The notes: generated from the sequence alone by a model not told the origin. A stretch of DNA of 21,571 bases from Candidatus Omnitrophota bacterium (GCA_043797665.1 JAZDPL010000002.1:1-21571); one strand, 5' to 3'. Shown: positions 1-8,730, counted from the first letter of the stretch. Translations and numbers: made by a program.

Positions 1-1161
1 GACCTGGAACACCTGGCGCAGTCAGCCAGGGAAAAAGGGATATCCCTTTTAGGAACCGGCGACTTCACCCACCCCTTGTGGTTTGCCGAATTGAAAAATA
101 AGTTACAGCCGGATGAACCCGGAATCTACACCTATGCCGGACTCAAATTCATCCTGACCACGGAGGTCTGTAATATCTTTGAACACAAAAGTGCGATGAA
201 GCGAATCCATAATATCATCTTTTTGCCCAGCCTTGAGACGGCTTACCGGCTGACCTTGAAATTGGCCGCTTACGGTTCCATGGAATCGGACGGGCGCCCC
301 ATGCTTCAACTCTCGGCCGATAACCTGGTGGAGATGGTAAAAAAAGTGTCTTCGGAAGGGTTTGTCGTACCCGCGCACATCTGGACCCCCCACTTCTCTC
401 TCTTCGGCTCCAACAGCGGGTTTAACCGGATGGAAGAATGTTTCCCCAAAAACCTTTCCGAAATCTTCGCTTTAGAGACCGGTCTTTCCAGCGACCCGGA
501 GATGAACTGGCGTGTCTCCGCCCTGGACCGTTATTCCCTGATTTCCAACTCTGATGCCCATTCCCCGGCCAAAATCGGCCGGGAAGCCAACGTATTCAGT
601 CAGCCTTTAAATTACCCCCAGATTCGGGAAGTCCTCCAAACTAAGGATAAAACCAGGTTTCTCTATACGGTGGAATACTTTCCGGAAGAGGGGAAATACC
701 ATTATGACGGACACCGCTTATGTAAATCGTCTCTGGCGCCGGAAGAAGCGAAGGTCAAACAGAACAAATGTCCGGTCTGCGGCCGGAAGGTAACCGTAGG
801 CGTTCTCCATCGGGTAATAGACCTGGCGGACAAGCCTGACGGCCGGACGCCGGAAAACGCCATCCCTTTTAAACGGCTGGTGCCTCTGAACCAAATCATT
901 GCCGTTGCCCTGAAGAAACCCGTGGATAGTCCAGCCGTTGTGGAGAAGTACCAGAAATTAACCCGGACCGTGGCACCGGAATTTGAGATTCTCCTTTCTC
1001 TTTCGGAAGACGAAATAACCAACAAAATAGATTCGGGAATCGCCGCCGCCATCCTGGCGGTCCGAAAGGGAAAGGTCAGGGTGGAACCCGGATACGACGG
1101 CGAGTTCGGCAAGGTGGAAATCCCGATGGAACCCGGCGCCAAGCAGGCAACCCTCTTTTAA
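1..1161 (+). CDS. PHP-domain protein of the endonuclease Q / UvrD-associated N-terminal type, 5'-truncated by the window edge
   Basis: Frame is open from base 1 (DLEHLAQSAREKGISLLGTGDFTHPLW), so the TTG at 76 is not the true start. Motifs GTGDFTHP, PAHIWTP, ETGLSSD, SNSDAHS, GKYHYDGHRxC, CPxCG zinc ribbon, PGYDGEFG. Confidence 0.85.
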   Translation, partial: DLEHLAQSAREKGISLLGTGDFTHPLWFAELKNKLQPDEPGIYTYAGLKFILTTEVCNIFEHKSAMKRIHNIIFLPSLETAYRLTLKLAAYGSMESDGRPMLQLSADNLVEMVKKVSSEGFVVPAHIWTPHFSLFGSNSGFNRMEECFPKNLSEIFALETGLSSDPEMNWRVSALDRYSLISNSDAHSPAKIGREANVFSQPLNYPQIREVLQTKDKTRFLYTVEYFPEEGKYHYDGHRLCKSSLAPEEAKVKQNKCPVCGRKVTVGVLHRVIDLADKPDGRTPENAIPFKRLVPLNQIIAVALKKPVDSPAVVEKYQKLTRTVAPEFEILLSLSEDEITNKIDSGIAAAILAVRKGKVRVEPGYDGEFGKVEIPMEPGAKQATLF

Positions 1162-1170
1162 CAGTCATTT

Positions 1171-2151
1171 ATGTTATCCGTACTAATACCTCTCTATTAC
1201 TTAATCTCAGAAAGCCGGCGTCTGTTTTACCAGAAAGGCTTCTTAAAGCCGATAAAAGTTCCGGCTTATGTAATCAGCGTGGGCAACATTACCGTCGGCG
1301 GCACCGGCAAAACCACGCTGACCCGTTATTTAGCGAACTACTTTACAAAAAGAGGTAAAAAGGTAGTGGTAATCAGTCACGGTGTAAGCGGACGGCGTGA
1401 CGGTCTGGTCGTTTCCAACGGCAAAAAAATTCTGGTTGATGTCCGGCAGGCCGGCGACGAAGCCTACCTTCTGGCGCAGGGCCTGCCCGGGATTCCGGTT
1501 TTGTCCGGACGACGCAGAGAAAAACAGGCCCGGATTGCTCTCACCCAATTTGCGGCGGAAGTCATTATCCTGGATGACGCCTTCCATTATCTGCGTCTGA
1601 TTCGGGACCATAACATACTGGTATTCAATTGTTACTCCGGTTTAGGCAACGGCGCCCTTTTGCCGGCCGGCCCTTTAAGAGAACCTCTGCATAATTTAAA
1701 GCGGGCTGACGTTTTCTGGTTCAACCATACTGACCTGGTAACTCAACCGGACCTTCTTGGCTTTCAAAAAAAACTTTTACGATTTAACCCGGCCGCATCG
1801 GTGGTAACAAGTTATTATTCTTATCCAAACTTTTACTCCTTATCCGGAGAAACGATTCCTGCCCGGGACCTGACCGGAAAAAAAGTCTGGGTCTGTACCG
1901 GAATCGGTGAACCGGAAACATTTTTGAAAAAACTGGAAATCCTCGGGATTAAGGTAAAGGGCAAAACTCTCTTTCCCGACCATCACTTTTACCGGAAAGA
2001 AGAGATTCAAAAAATCCCCCTGGGAGAAGTTGATTTTATGCTTATCACCGAAAAAGACCGGGTGAAATTTCCCTCCGTTACCTTTTCAAAACCGGTCCTC
2101 TACCCGAAAGTGGAACTGGTAGTGGAAGGATTAGGGGCTGTCGTAGAATAA
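1171..2151 (+). CDS. lpxK: tetraacyldisaccharide 4'-kinase
   Basis: VISVGNITVGGTGKT P-loop, AGDEA, ILDDAFH, LLPAGPLRE, FPDHH, ITEKDxVK. The last five codons and the stop lie inside the downstream TIR element. Confidence 0.95.
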   Translation: MLSVLIPLYYLISESRRLFYQKGFLKPIKVPAYVISVGNITVGGTGKTTLTRYLANYFTKRGKKVVVISHGVSGRRDGLVVSNGKKILVDVRQAGDEAYLLAQGLPGIPVLSGRRREKQARIALTQFAAEVIILDDAFHYLRLIRDHNILVFNCYSGLGNGALLPAGPLREPLHNLKRADVFWFNHTDLVTQPDLLGFQKKLLRFNPAASVVTSYYSYPNFYSLSGETIPARDLTGKKVWVCTGIGEPETFLKKLEILGIKVKGKTLFPDHHFYRKEEIQKIPLGEVDFMLITEKDRVKFPSVTFSKPVLYPKVELVVEGLGAVVE

Positions 2152-2408
2152 AATTGATTATTTGCCAGAGGCGATTTTGGAGCGAGACAAGGAGCGAAGA
2201 AGATGGCGTACCCCCTGTGGTACGCAAGCAATGAGCGACGCAGTCATAGCCCAAAAGCGGCCTGGCCCTTTATGGGGAGTCCCATCTTTGGGTCATTGCG
2301 GCGTTGCTCCTCGGTTATGTGCCACAGGGGGCACAAAACCTTTGTCGCGCCTTGCACTAACCTCAAAGCAGGGACTCCAAATAGTCAATTTTATTCTACG
2401 ACAGCCCC
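2134..2408. mobile_element. 275-bp MITE-like element, family A copy 1
   Basis: 31-bp terminal inverted repeats (2134-2164 and 2378-2408, 30/31 complementary), flanked by TTA on both sides (2131-2133, 2409-2411). Homologous copy at 12981-13285. No transposase inside. Confidence 0.85.
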
Positions 2409-2415
2409 TTAACCT

Positions 2416-3243
2416 ATGTTAATCATTCCGGCCATTGATATTATCGGAAACCGTCTGGTCCGGCTAACCAGGGGTAATTACGGAGAGGTTACCGACTATA
2501 ATTTAGAACCTCTCCGGATTCTCCGGGAATATGCGTCTGCCGGCGCTAAACGTATTCACCTGGTCTTCTTATCCGCAGCCCGGGAGGGAACCCGGGGGTC
2601 TGAAGAGACCACTCTCTTAAACCGGATACTGGACGAAAAGCGCAGCCTGAATATTGAAATTGAATTGGGCGGCGGCATCAGAACGATGAATGAGATAAAA
2701 AAGGTTCTGCAGCGGGGTACCGACTACGTTATCCTGGGAACATCAGCCATTCTGGATGCGCTCAAAATTCTTGAAGAACATACCGCCATGGGTTATACTA
2801 AATCATTGGCCTCTTTTTTAAACGAGGTCTCTCTCCCTTTTCCCAGCATTCTCCAGGAAATAGTACGGGAGAGGATTTCGGAAAAGACAATTATCAGTAT
2901 TGACTGTAAAGAAGAAGCGGTCGCCGTAAGCGGCTGGGAAGTAACCCTGCCGCCGCAACCAATAGTCTTGTTTCAGGCGTTTCAGGCAATGGGATTCCGT
3001 CAGATTATTTATACATCCACCGACCGGGACGGCACCCTTTCCGGACCGGACGTTGACCGGATAAAAATGTTCGCAGACTCGGTCCCGGAAGTTTCGTTCC
3101 TGATGGCGGGTGGAATCGGAGGTATGAAAGATATCCGTACGCTCAACCGTCTTGGCATACCTAATCTCAAAGGAGTAATTATCGGTAAGGCGCTTTACGA
3201 AGGAAAGATAGACCTGCGTGAAACCATCAGTCAGTTTCAATAA
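2416..3243 (+). CDS. hisA: HisA/HisF-family TIM-barrel protein, probable ProFAR isomerase (atypical)
   Basis: MLIIPAIDI, VRLxxG, ELGGGIR, VILGTSA, VAVSGW, IYTxxxRDGTLSGPD, AGGIG, IIGKALYEG. Has an internal insertion and HLVFL where HLVDL is usual. Confidence 0.8.
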   Translation: MLIIPAIDIIGNRLVRLTRGNYGEVTDYNLEPLRILREYASAGAKRIHLVFLSAAREGTRGSEETTLLNRILDEKRSLNIEIELGGGIRTMNEIKKVLQRGTDYVILGTSAILDALKILEEHTAMGYTKSLASFLNEVSLPFPSILQEIVRERISEKTIISIDCKEEAVAVSGWEVTLPPQPIVLFQAFQAMGFRQIIYTSTDRDGTLSGPDVDRIKMFADSVPEVSFLMAGGIGGMKDIRTLNRLGIPNLKGVIIGKALYEGKIDLRETISQFQ

Positions 3244-3257
3244 ATACCTAGTCAATA

Positions 3258-3321
3258 TGTCATTCTGAGGAGCGAAGCGACGAAGAATCCATATAGATTC
3301 TTCACTTTGTTCAGAATGACA
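3258..3321. repeat. TGTCATTCTGA-type REP-like inverted doublet, family C
   Basis: TGTCATTCTGAGGAGCGAAGCGACGAAGAATC-catata-GATTCTTCACTTTGTTCAGAATGACA; related copies at 16503-16594 and 20401-20483. Confidence 0.85.
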
Positions 3322-3350
3322 GGACGTTTTTGAATATTCACGATAAAAAA

Positions 3351-3818
3351 ATGCTTGTTGGAATAGGTTTTGACGTACACCGTCTAGTCAAAAAACGGAC
3401 TTTGGTTTTGGCCGGTGTCAAAATCCCTTTTGAAAAAGGTCCGTTAGGCCACAGCGACGGTGACGTGCTCTGCCACGCTCTCGCCGACGCCATCCTGGGC
3501 GCAGCCGCCTGCGGGGACATCGGGACCATTTTCCCGGACACCGACCCGAAATGGAAGGACGTACCGGGCTTGAAAATATTACGGGACGTGCTCAAGATAG
3601 TAAAGAAAAAAAGGCGGGCGGTAAAACAGGTGGATACGGTTGTTATCATAGAGAAACCGGCCCTCTCCCCTTTCCGGGAAGAAATCCGGACCAGACTGGC
3701 AAAAACGCTTAAGATTTCACCGGGAATGGTCGGCTTGAAGTTCAAGACTGCGGAAGGATTGGGCGCAATCGGGCAATCAAACGCCATCGCCTCCTTCGCC
3801 GTCGTTACCATAAAGTAG
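3351..3818 (+). CDS. ispF: 2-C-methyl-D-erythritol 2,4-cyclodiphosphate synthase
   Basis: VGIGFDVHRL, GHSDGDVLCHALADAILGA, GDIGxxFPDTDP, KTAEGLG. ATG at 3351 preferred over TTG at 3330. Stop TAG is part of the GTAG REP. Confidence 0.95.
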   Translation: MLVGIGFDVHRLVKKRTLVLAGVKIPFEKGPLGHSDGDVLCHALADAILGAAACGDIGTIFPDTDPKWKDVPGLKILRDVLKIVKKKRRAVKQVDTVVIIEKPALSPFREEIRTRLAKTLKISPGMVGLKFKTAEGLGAIGQSNAIASFAVVTIK

Positions 3819-3864
3819 GGGTCGGATTTATCCGACCCGCGGGCTTGATAAATCAAGCCCCTAC
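3815..3864. repeat. GTAG-type REP inverted doublet (REPIN-like), family B
   Basis: GTAGGGGTCGGATTTATCCGACCC-GC-GGGCTTGATAAATCAAGCCCCTAC; exact 50-bp reverse-complement copy at 8948-8997. Confidence 0.9.
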
Positions 3865-3897
3865 AGACCAAAAAGGAAATTCCTATATCCTTAAATT

Positions 3898-5361
3898 ATG
3901 ATGCGGATAAGGTTTGCACCCAGTCCTACGGGTTATCTTCACATCGGGAACGCCCGGACCGCGCTCTTTAACTATCTTCTGGCGCGCAAGGAACACGGTT
4001 CCTTTGTTTTGCGTATTGAGGACACCGACTTGGAACGAAGCCGGCCCGAATACGAAAAAATGATTTATGAGGATTTAGCCTGGTTGGGTCTGGACTGGGA
4101 CGAAGGTCCGGATAAAGGCGGTCGGTACGGACCGTACCGGCAGTCAGAACGGCTCAGCTATTACCAGGAGGCGGCTCAGCGCCTCCTGAAAGAAGAGAAG
4201 GCTTATCTCTGTTACTGCAGTCCGGAAGAATTGGAATCAAGACGCCAGGAACAGATGAAGAAAAAAGAGAGCCCCAGATACGACAACCGCTGCCGCTCTC
4301 TCACCCCTGACCGGCAAGCCGCCTACGAAAAAGAAGGACGAAAACCGGTTATTCGTTTTAAACTGCTCGAAAGAAAGGTCTCCTTCTCTGACATTATCCG
4401 GGGTGAAATCACTTTTGACACCAGTCTGATGGGCGACCTCATCATTATGAAATCGGACGGAAAGCCCTCGTTCCATTTTGCAGTGGTCTGCGACGACATC
4501 ACGATGAACATCACTCACGTCATCAGGGGCGAAGACCACATCTCCAACACCCCCCGCCACATTCTGCTCTTTGAAGCCCTGGGAAAAGAACCCCCCTTAT
4601 TCGCCCATATGGCGATGACCTTGGGTCCGGACGGCAGCCGGCTTTCCAAAAGGCACGGCGCGACCTCTTTACGGGAATTGAAAAACCAGGGATTTTTGCC
4701 CGAGGCGGTCTTCAACTATCTGGCTCTTTTGGGCTGGGGAACTACCGAGGATAAAGAAGTATTCAGCCGGGAAGAGTTAATCGGGAAGTTCAGTTTGGAC
4801 CGGTGTAAAGAAGGCTCCGCAATCTTTGATTTGGACAAACTCACCTGGTTCAACGGACTCTATCTCCAGAAAACCGATTTGAACCGGCTGGTAACTTTAA
4901 GCCTGCCTTTTCTACGGGATGCCGGTTTAATCTCCCTACCGGTTTCGGAAGAAGACTTAAAGTACCTCGGCGAAATTATCACTATCCTGGGGGAACGGGT
5001 TAAGAAACTCTCCGACATACCCGAGGCGGCCGGATTCTTTTTCCAAGAAGAGATCGTATACGACCCGGCTGCGATAGACAAGGTTTTACGGAAGGAAGGA
5101 GTAAACAAAACTCTACAGGACTTGTACGACCTTCTGGAGAAAGAAGACGAATTTTCAATCAGCCGCCTGGAAGCGGTAATCAGAGATTACTGTACCAGCC
5201 AGGGATTAAAAACTTCGGCGGTATTTCATCCCTTAAGGGTAGCCATTACCGGTAAGACCGTTGGTCCCGGCCTTTTTGAAACCCTCCGTCTTTTAGGCAA
5301 AGAAAAAGTCCTCCGCCGCCTAAAGGGGTTACTCAACAATAAATCCACCCTCTCCCTCTAA
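3898..5361 (+). CDS. gltX: glutamate--tRNA ligase
   Basis: RFAPSPTGYLHIGN, LRIEDTD, GPYRQSER, CYC, ITHVIRGEDH, LSKRHG, plus C-terminal anticodon-binding domain (PLRVAITG..GP). Confidence 0.97.
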   Translation: MMRIRFAPSPTGYLHIGNARTALFNYLLARKEHGSFVLRIEDTDLERSRPEYEKMIYEDLAWLGLDWDEGPDKGGRYGPYRQSERLSYYQEAAQRLLKEEKAYLCYCSPEELESRRQEQMKKKESPRYDNRCRSLTPDRQAAYEKEGRKPVIRFKLLERKVSFSDIIRGEITFDTSLMGDLIIMKSDGKPSFHFAVVCDDITMNITHVIRGEDHISNTPRHILLFEALGKEPPLFAHMAMTLGPDGSRLSKRHGATSLRELKNQGFLPEAVFNYLALLGWGTTEDKEVFSREELIGKFSLDRCKEGSAIFDLDKLTWFNGLYLQKTDLNRLVTLSLPFLRDAGLISLPVSEEDLKYLGEIITILGERVKKLSDIPEAAGFFFQEEIVYDPAAIDKVLRKEGVNKTLQDLYDLLEKEDEFSISRLEAVIRDYCTSQGLKTSAVFHPLRVAITGKTVGPGLFETLRLLGKEKVLRRLKGLLNNKSTLSL

Positions 5362-6743
5362 AAATAGCGGATGAAGAGATAGAGGGTGGAGAGAGTCATC
5401 CCCAGGAACCCTATCACCAAACCGATTTTTAACCAATCTAAAAATCTTATCTTAATATTAAACTTTCTTTCCAGGAGTCCCAGTGCCACAATGTTTGCCG
5501 TAGAGCCGATCATGGTAATATTACCACCATGACAGGCACCGAATAGGATTGCCCACCATACCGGATTCAGATTCCAGGAATGGAGAGCCGCGATATTTTT
5601 AACTATCGGAATATAGGTTGATACCACCACAACATTGTCAAGCATACTGGACAGGATACCACTGGAAAACAGGATAACACCGGAAAGAATTTTCGGGTTC
5701 TGTCCTACGGATTTGACAATCTTTTCGGCCATAATTCCAGCCACGCCGGAACTTTGCATAACCCCTGCCTCAGCAAACAAAAAGAGGAAGAACAGAAGCG
5801 AGTTCCACTCTACTTCATGTTCTACATAATACCGTGCCTTATCGCGACGATACAGCATAACTATACCAGCAGAAATCATCGGCAATATTATCAGTAAGGT
5901 ATTTTTTTCCAAACCCAACAAAACTTCCAATTCCCCATGGAGAGCAATCAGTAATATGGTAATGCCAAAGATCAACATGCTGATTTTTGTTTTCCGGTCC
6001 GGGGGAATAGAAATAAGCAGGGAAAAAAAATCATTCCCGGCATAACCCTTAAGTTTTGAAGATAACTCTTTTATATACCGCCGGTACCAGAACAACAGTA
6101 TAAAAATGGTAACAATAAGAATAATCAGGGAAACAGGCAAGGCATGAACAATAAAATCACCAAAAGTAAGTTTGCTTTTGGTAGCGATCAGGATTCCGAT
6201 GGGATTTCCTAAAACGGTAGAAGTAGAACCGATGTTGGTTGCTAACACTGAAGATATCAATAACGGAACAGGAGAAATTTCGAGAAAAATACAGATATCA
6301 AAAATTGCGGTTGCGATTACGATAATAGAGGTAACCTCATCCATAAGTCCTGAAAGTAGCCAGGAAACTACCATTATTAAACCAAACATTTTTCTGCCAT
6401 CTAAATTCTTTACCCGTAAAATAGAGGTGATAAACCAAAGAAAGAACCCGGCTTCTTTCATCATGCCCACCAGAATCATCATACTGATTAGAAAAAGTAC
6501 TACCTCCAGCGAAGCAAACTTTATGAAGGTTTCTATGTCCACGGCATGAATCAAAAGGAGTAAACCGCTCCCAATAAATACAAGACTTAGACGAAACTCC
6601 CAGAAAAAAAGCGTGCCTAATATCGAAACCGAAAATATAGACATCACCATCGTCTGCCGAAAATCCAGCCCGAGAAAATGCCCGGTAATTCCAACCAATA
6701 TGGTTAATAATATCAAAAATAAAGACTTCCTTTTCATAATCAT
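5358..6743 (-). CDS. ArsB/NhaD (ion transporter superfamily) membrane transporter
   Basis: Many hydrophobic segments; motifs SGLMDEVT, ATNIGSTSTVLGNP, SSMLDNV, GGNITMIGSTANIV. Start uncertain: in-frame ATGs at 6749, 6743 and 6737. Confidence 0.85.
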   Translation of the reverse strand: MIMKRKSLFLILLTILVGITGHFLGLDFRQTMVMSIFSVSILGTLFFWEFRLSLVFIGSGLLLLIHAVDIETFIKFASLEVVLFLISMMILVGMMKEAGFFLWFITSILRVKNLDGRKMFGLIMVVSWLLSGLMDEVTSIIVIATAIFDICIFLEISPVPLLISSVLATNIGSTSTVLGNPIGILIATKSKLTFGDFIVHALPVSLIILIVTIFILLFWYRRYIKELSSKLKGYAGNDFFSLLISIPPDRKTKISMLIFGITILLIALHGELEVLLGLEKNTLLIILPMISAGIVMLYRRDKARYYVEHEVEWNSLLFFLFLFAEAGVMQSSGVAGIMAEKIVKSVGQNPKILSGVILFSSGILSSMLDNVVVVSTYIPIVKNIAALHSWNLNPVWWAILFGACHGGNITMIGSTANIVALGLLERKFNIKIRFLDWLKIGLVIGFLGMTLSTLYLFIRYF

Positions 6744-6747
6744 TCTC

Positions 6748-6756
6748 ATTATACCA
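6748..6756 (-). promoter_or_regulatory. extended -10 element TGGTATAAT, putative transporter promoter
   Basis: Plus strand ATTATACCA = TGgTATAAT on the minus strand, a perfect TGn-TATAAT at the 5' end of the minus-strand gene. Confidence 0.55.
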
Positions 6757-6770
6757 CGATCCCTTCTTTA

Positions 6771-6779
6771 TGCTATAAT
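6771..6779 (+). promoter_or_regulatory. extended -10 element TGCTATAAT, putative acyltransferase promoter
   Basis: Perfect TGn-TATAAT ending 15 nt before the ATG at 6795, in the divergent gap. Confidence 0.6.
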
Positions 6780-6794
6780 ATTTATGCGAAGAGT

Positions 6795-7703
6795 ATGGTT
6801 ATCATCTATCACTTTATGGCTTTCCTGGTTCTGAACCTGCCCAGGAGATTTGTACTTTTTTTAGTACAGGGGGTTGCCCGCATTTACTACTGGACCACAC
6901 CGGCGAAAAGACACCGGGTCCAGGCTAACCTGAAGACGGTTCTGGGTAATGATGGCACCAGCAGAAAAAAGATTGAACGTCTGACAAAGGAGGTCTACCT
7001 TAACTTCGGCCGGTACCTCTATGAATTTTTTTTCATACCAAAAGTTGATAAAACATTTCTGGAACGACATCTGCAAGTCGAAGGTTTGGAACACCTTGAT
7101 TCTGCTTTTAAAAAGGGAAAAGGGGTTATCAGCCTTACCGGACACATCGGCAACTGGGAACTGGGTGGCATCTTTACCGCCCTGTTGGGTTATCCCATCA
7201 GCGCCATCGCTCTTTCTCATAAGAGTACGGCTTTAAACCGTTTTTTCCTGCGACGCCGGCAGATGAAAGGCATTAAAGTCATACCTCTGGGAGCACAGAC
7301 CAGGAAGATTATCTCCAGCCTGAAACGGAACGAATTGGTCGCACTTTTGGGTGACCGGCCCTTTGGTCCGCCCTACATAAAACCAAACTTCTTCGGTCAA
7401 CCGGCTCTTTTACCCGCGGGACCGGCCCAGATTGCGGTAAAAATGGACAGTCCGCTGATACCAGGATTTCTGATTAGACAAGGTGAAAAGTACCTCCTCT
7501 CTTTTTACCCGGCACTGGAACATAATCGCGCCCTGGAACATCAACAAGCGGTTGAAGACCTGGCTCAACGGTCTATTCCGTATTTAGAAAAATATATCCG
7601 AAAATATCCCAGCCAGTGGCTGGTCTTTGACTATGTCTGGAATAATGGGGTGTCGCACCCCCTAAAGAATTACCATGAAGAAAATCTTGCTTTCCGGAAA
7701 TGA
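6795..7703 (+). CDS. lipid A lauroyl/lysophospholipid acyltransferase (LpxL/HtrB family)
   Basis: GKGVIxLTGHIGNWE, VALLGDR, FFGxPAxLPAGPA, YPSQW motifs. Confidence 0.88.
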   Translation: MVIIYHFMAFLVLNLPRRFVLFLVQGVARIYYWTTPAKRHRVQANLKTVLGNDGTSRKKIERLTKEVYLNFGRYLYEFFFIPKVDKTFLERHLQVEGLEHLDSAFKKGKGVISLTGHIGNWELGGIFTALLGYPISAIALSHKSTALNRFFLRRRQMKGIKVIPLGAQTRKIISSLKRNELVALLGDRPFGPPYIKPNFFGQPALLPAGPAQIAVKMDSPLIPGFLIRQGEKYLLSFYPALEHNRALEHQQAVEDLAQRSIPYLEKYIRKYPSQWLVFDYVWNNGVSHPLKNYHEENLAFRK

Positions 7704-8730
7704 GGCGGCCGGAGAAGCCGCGGTCAACGCCGGCTGTCGCTTCTACGCCGGCTATCCGATTACACCCCAGAACCAGTTGACCGAATATATGAGCCGCAGG
7801 ATGCCGGAATCCAACGGTGTTTTCATTCAGGCGGAGAGTGAAGTGGCCGCCATCAATATGGTTTTTGGTGCCGCATCTGTCGGCTGTCGGGCAATGACCT
7901 CATCCTCCAGCCCGGGCATCAGCCTGAAACAGGAAGGTATCTCGTACTTAGCCGCCTGTGAGTTACCCGCGGTTATCATCAATATGAGCCGGGCCGGGCC
8001 GGGTTTAGGCGACGTTACGCCCAGCCAGGGAGACTACTTTCAATCCACCCGCGGCGGCGGCCACGGCGATTACCGCACCCTTACCTTTGGTCCCCAGAGT
8101 CTGCAGGAACTTTACGATTTGACCTATCAGGCGTTCGAATTGGCAGATAAGTACCGTAATCCGGTCTTAATCCTGGCGGACGGAATCTTAGCCCAGGTAA
8201 TGGAGCCGGTTGCTTTAAAACCAATGAAGAAAAGATTTCCCGCTAAGCCCTGGGCGCTTACCGGTTGTGTCAGACGTTCACCCCAAAAAATTTCGTCCCT
8301 CTTCTTGAAACCCGGGGGCACGGAAAAACATAATTGGCATTTGGCGGAAAAGTATTGCCGGATAGAAAGAGCGGAACAACGCTGGGAAGACTTCCGGACT
8401 GAAGACGCCCGGGTTATCATCGCCGCGTTTGGTACCTCTGCCCGTATCAGCAAAGCCGCAGTATTGGCTGGCCGGGAAGAAGGTCTGCCGTTAGGCCTCT
8501 TCCGACCCATCTCTCTCTGGCCCTTCCCGTACCAGGCTTTACGCAGATTAGCCGGAAGCCGGAAGCGGAAATTTTTGGTGGTGGAGATGAACCTGGGTCA
8601 AATGGTGGAAGACGTACGTTTGGCAGTTGAAGGAAGATGCCCGGTATCCTTTTACGGCCGGCCTGGCGGAGGAGTCCCCACACCGGAAGAAATCCTGAAA
8701 GTAGCGCGAAAATTAATACAAACAAAGTAA
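7675..8730 (+). CDS. 2-oxoacid:ferredoxin oxidoreductase alpha subunit (VorB/KorA type)
   Basis: GNEAxGEAA, YAGYPITPQ, QAESEVAAINMVFGA, TSSSSPGISLKQE, QGDYFQxxRGGGHGDY, VEMNLGQM. Confidence 0.92.
   Translation: MKKILLSGNEAAGEAAVNAGCRFYAGYPITPQNQLTEYMSRRMPESNGVFIQAESEVAAINMVFGAASVGCRAMTSSSSPGISLKQEGISYLAACELPAVIINMSRAGPGLGDVTPSQGDYFQSTRGGGHGDYRTLTFGPQSLQELYDLTYQAFELADKYRNPVLILADGILAQVMEPVALKPMKKRFPAKPWALTGCVRRSPQKISSLFLKPGGTEKHNWHLAEKYCRIERAEQRWEDFRTEDARVIIAAFGTSARISKAAVLAGREEGLPLGLFRPISLWPFPYQALRRLAGSRKRKFLVVEMNLGQMVEDVRLAVEGRCPVSFYGRPGGGVPTPEEILKVARKLIQTK

Noticed and set aside
2134..2408. Family A as a riboswitch or T-box upstream of hisA
   Set aside because: A second copy lies before unrelated atpA, it has TIRs and target duplications, and I recognise no riboswitch or T-box motif.
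2162..2422. Similar small ORFs 2162-2422 and 12985-13311 as a duplicated protein family
   Set aside because: The similarity is explained by the DNA repeat; the starts are TTG and there is no protein-family signature.
7647..7661. GGGGTG-TCG-CACCCC near the acyltransferase 3' end as another family A remnant
   Set aside because: Only a 6-bp stem, an imperfect match to the TIR and no flanking duplication; could be chance.
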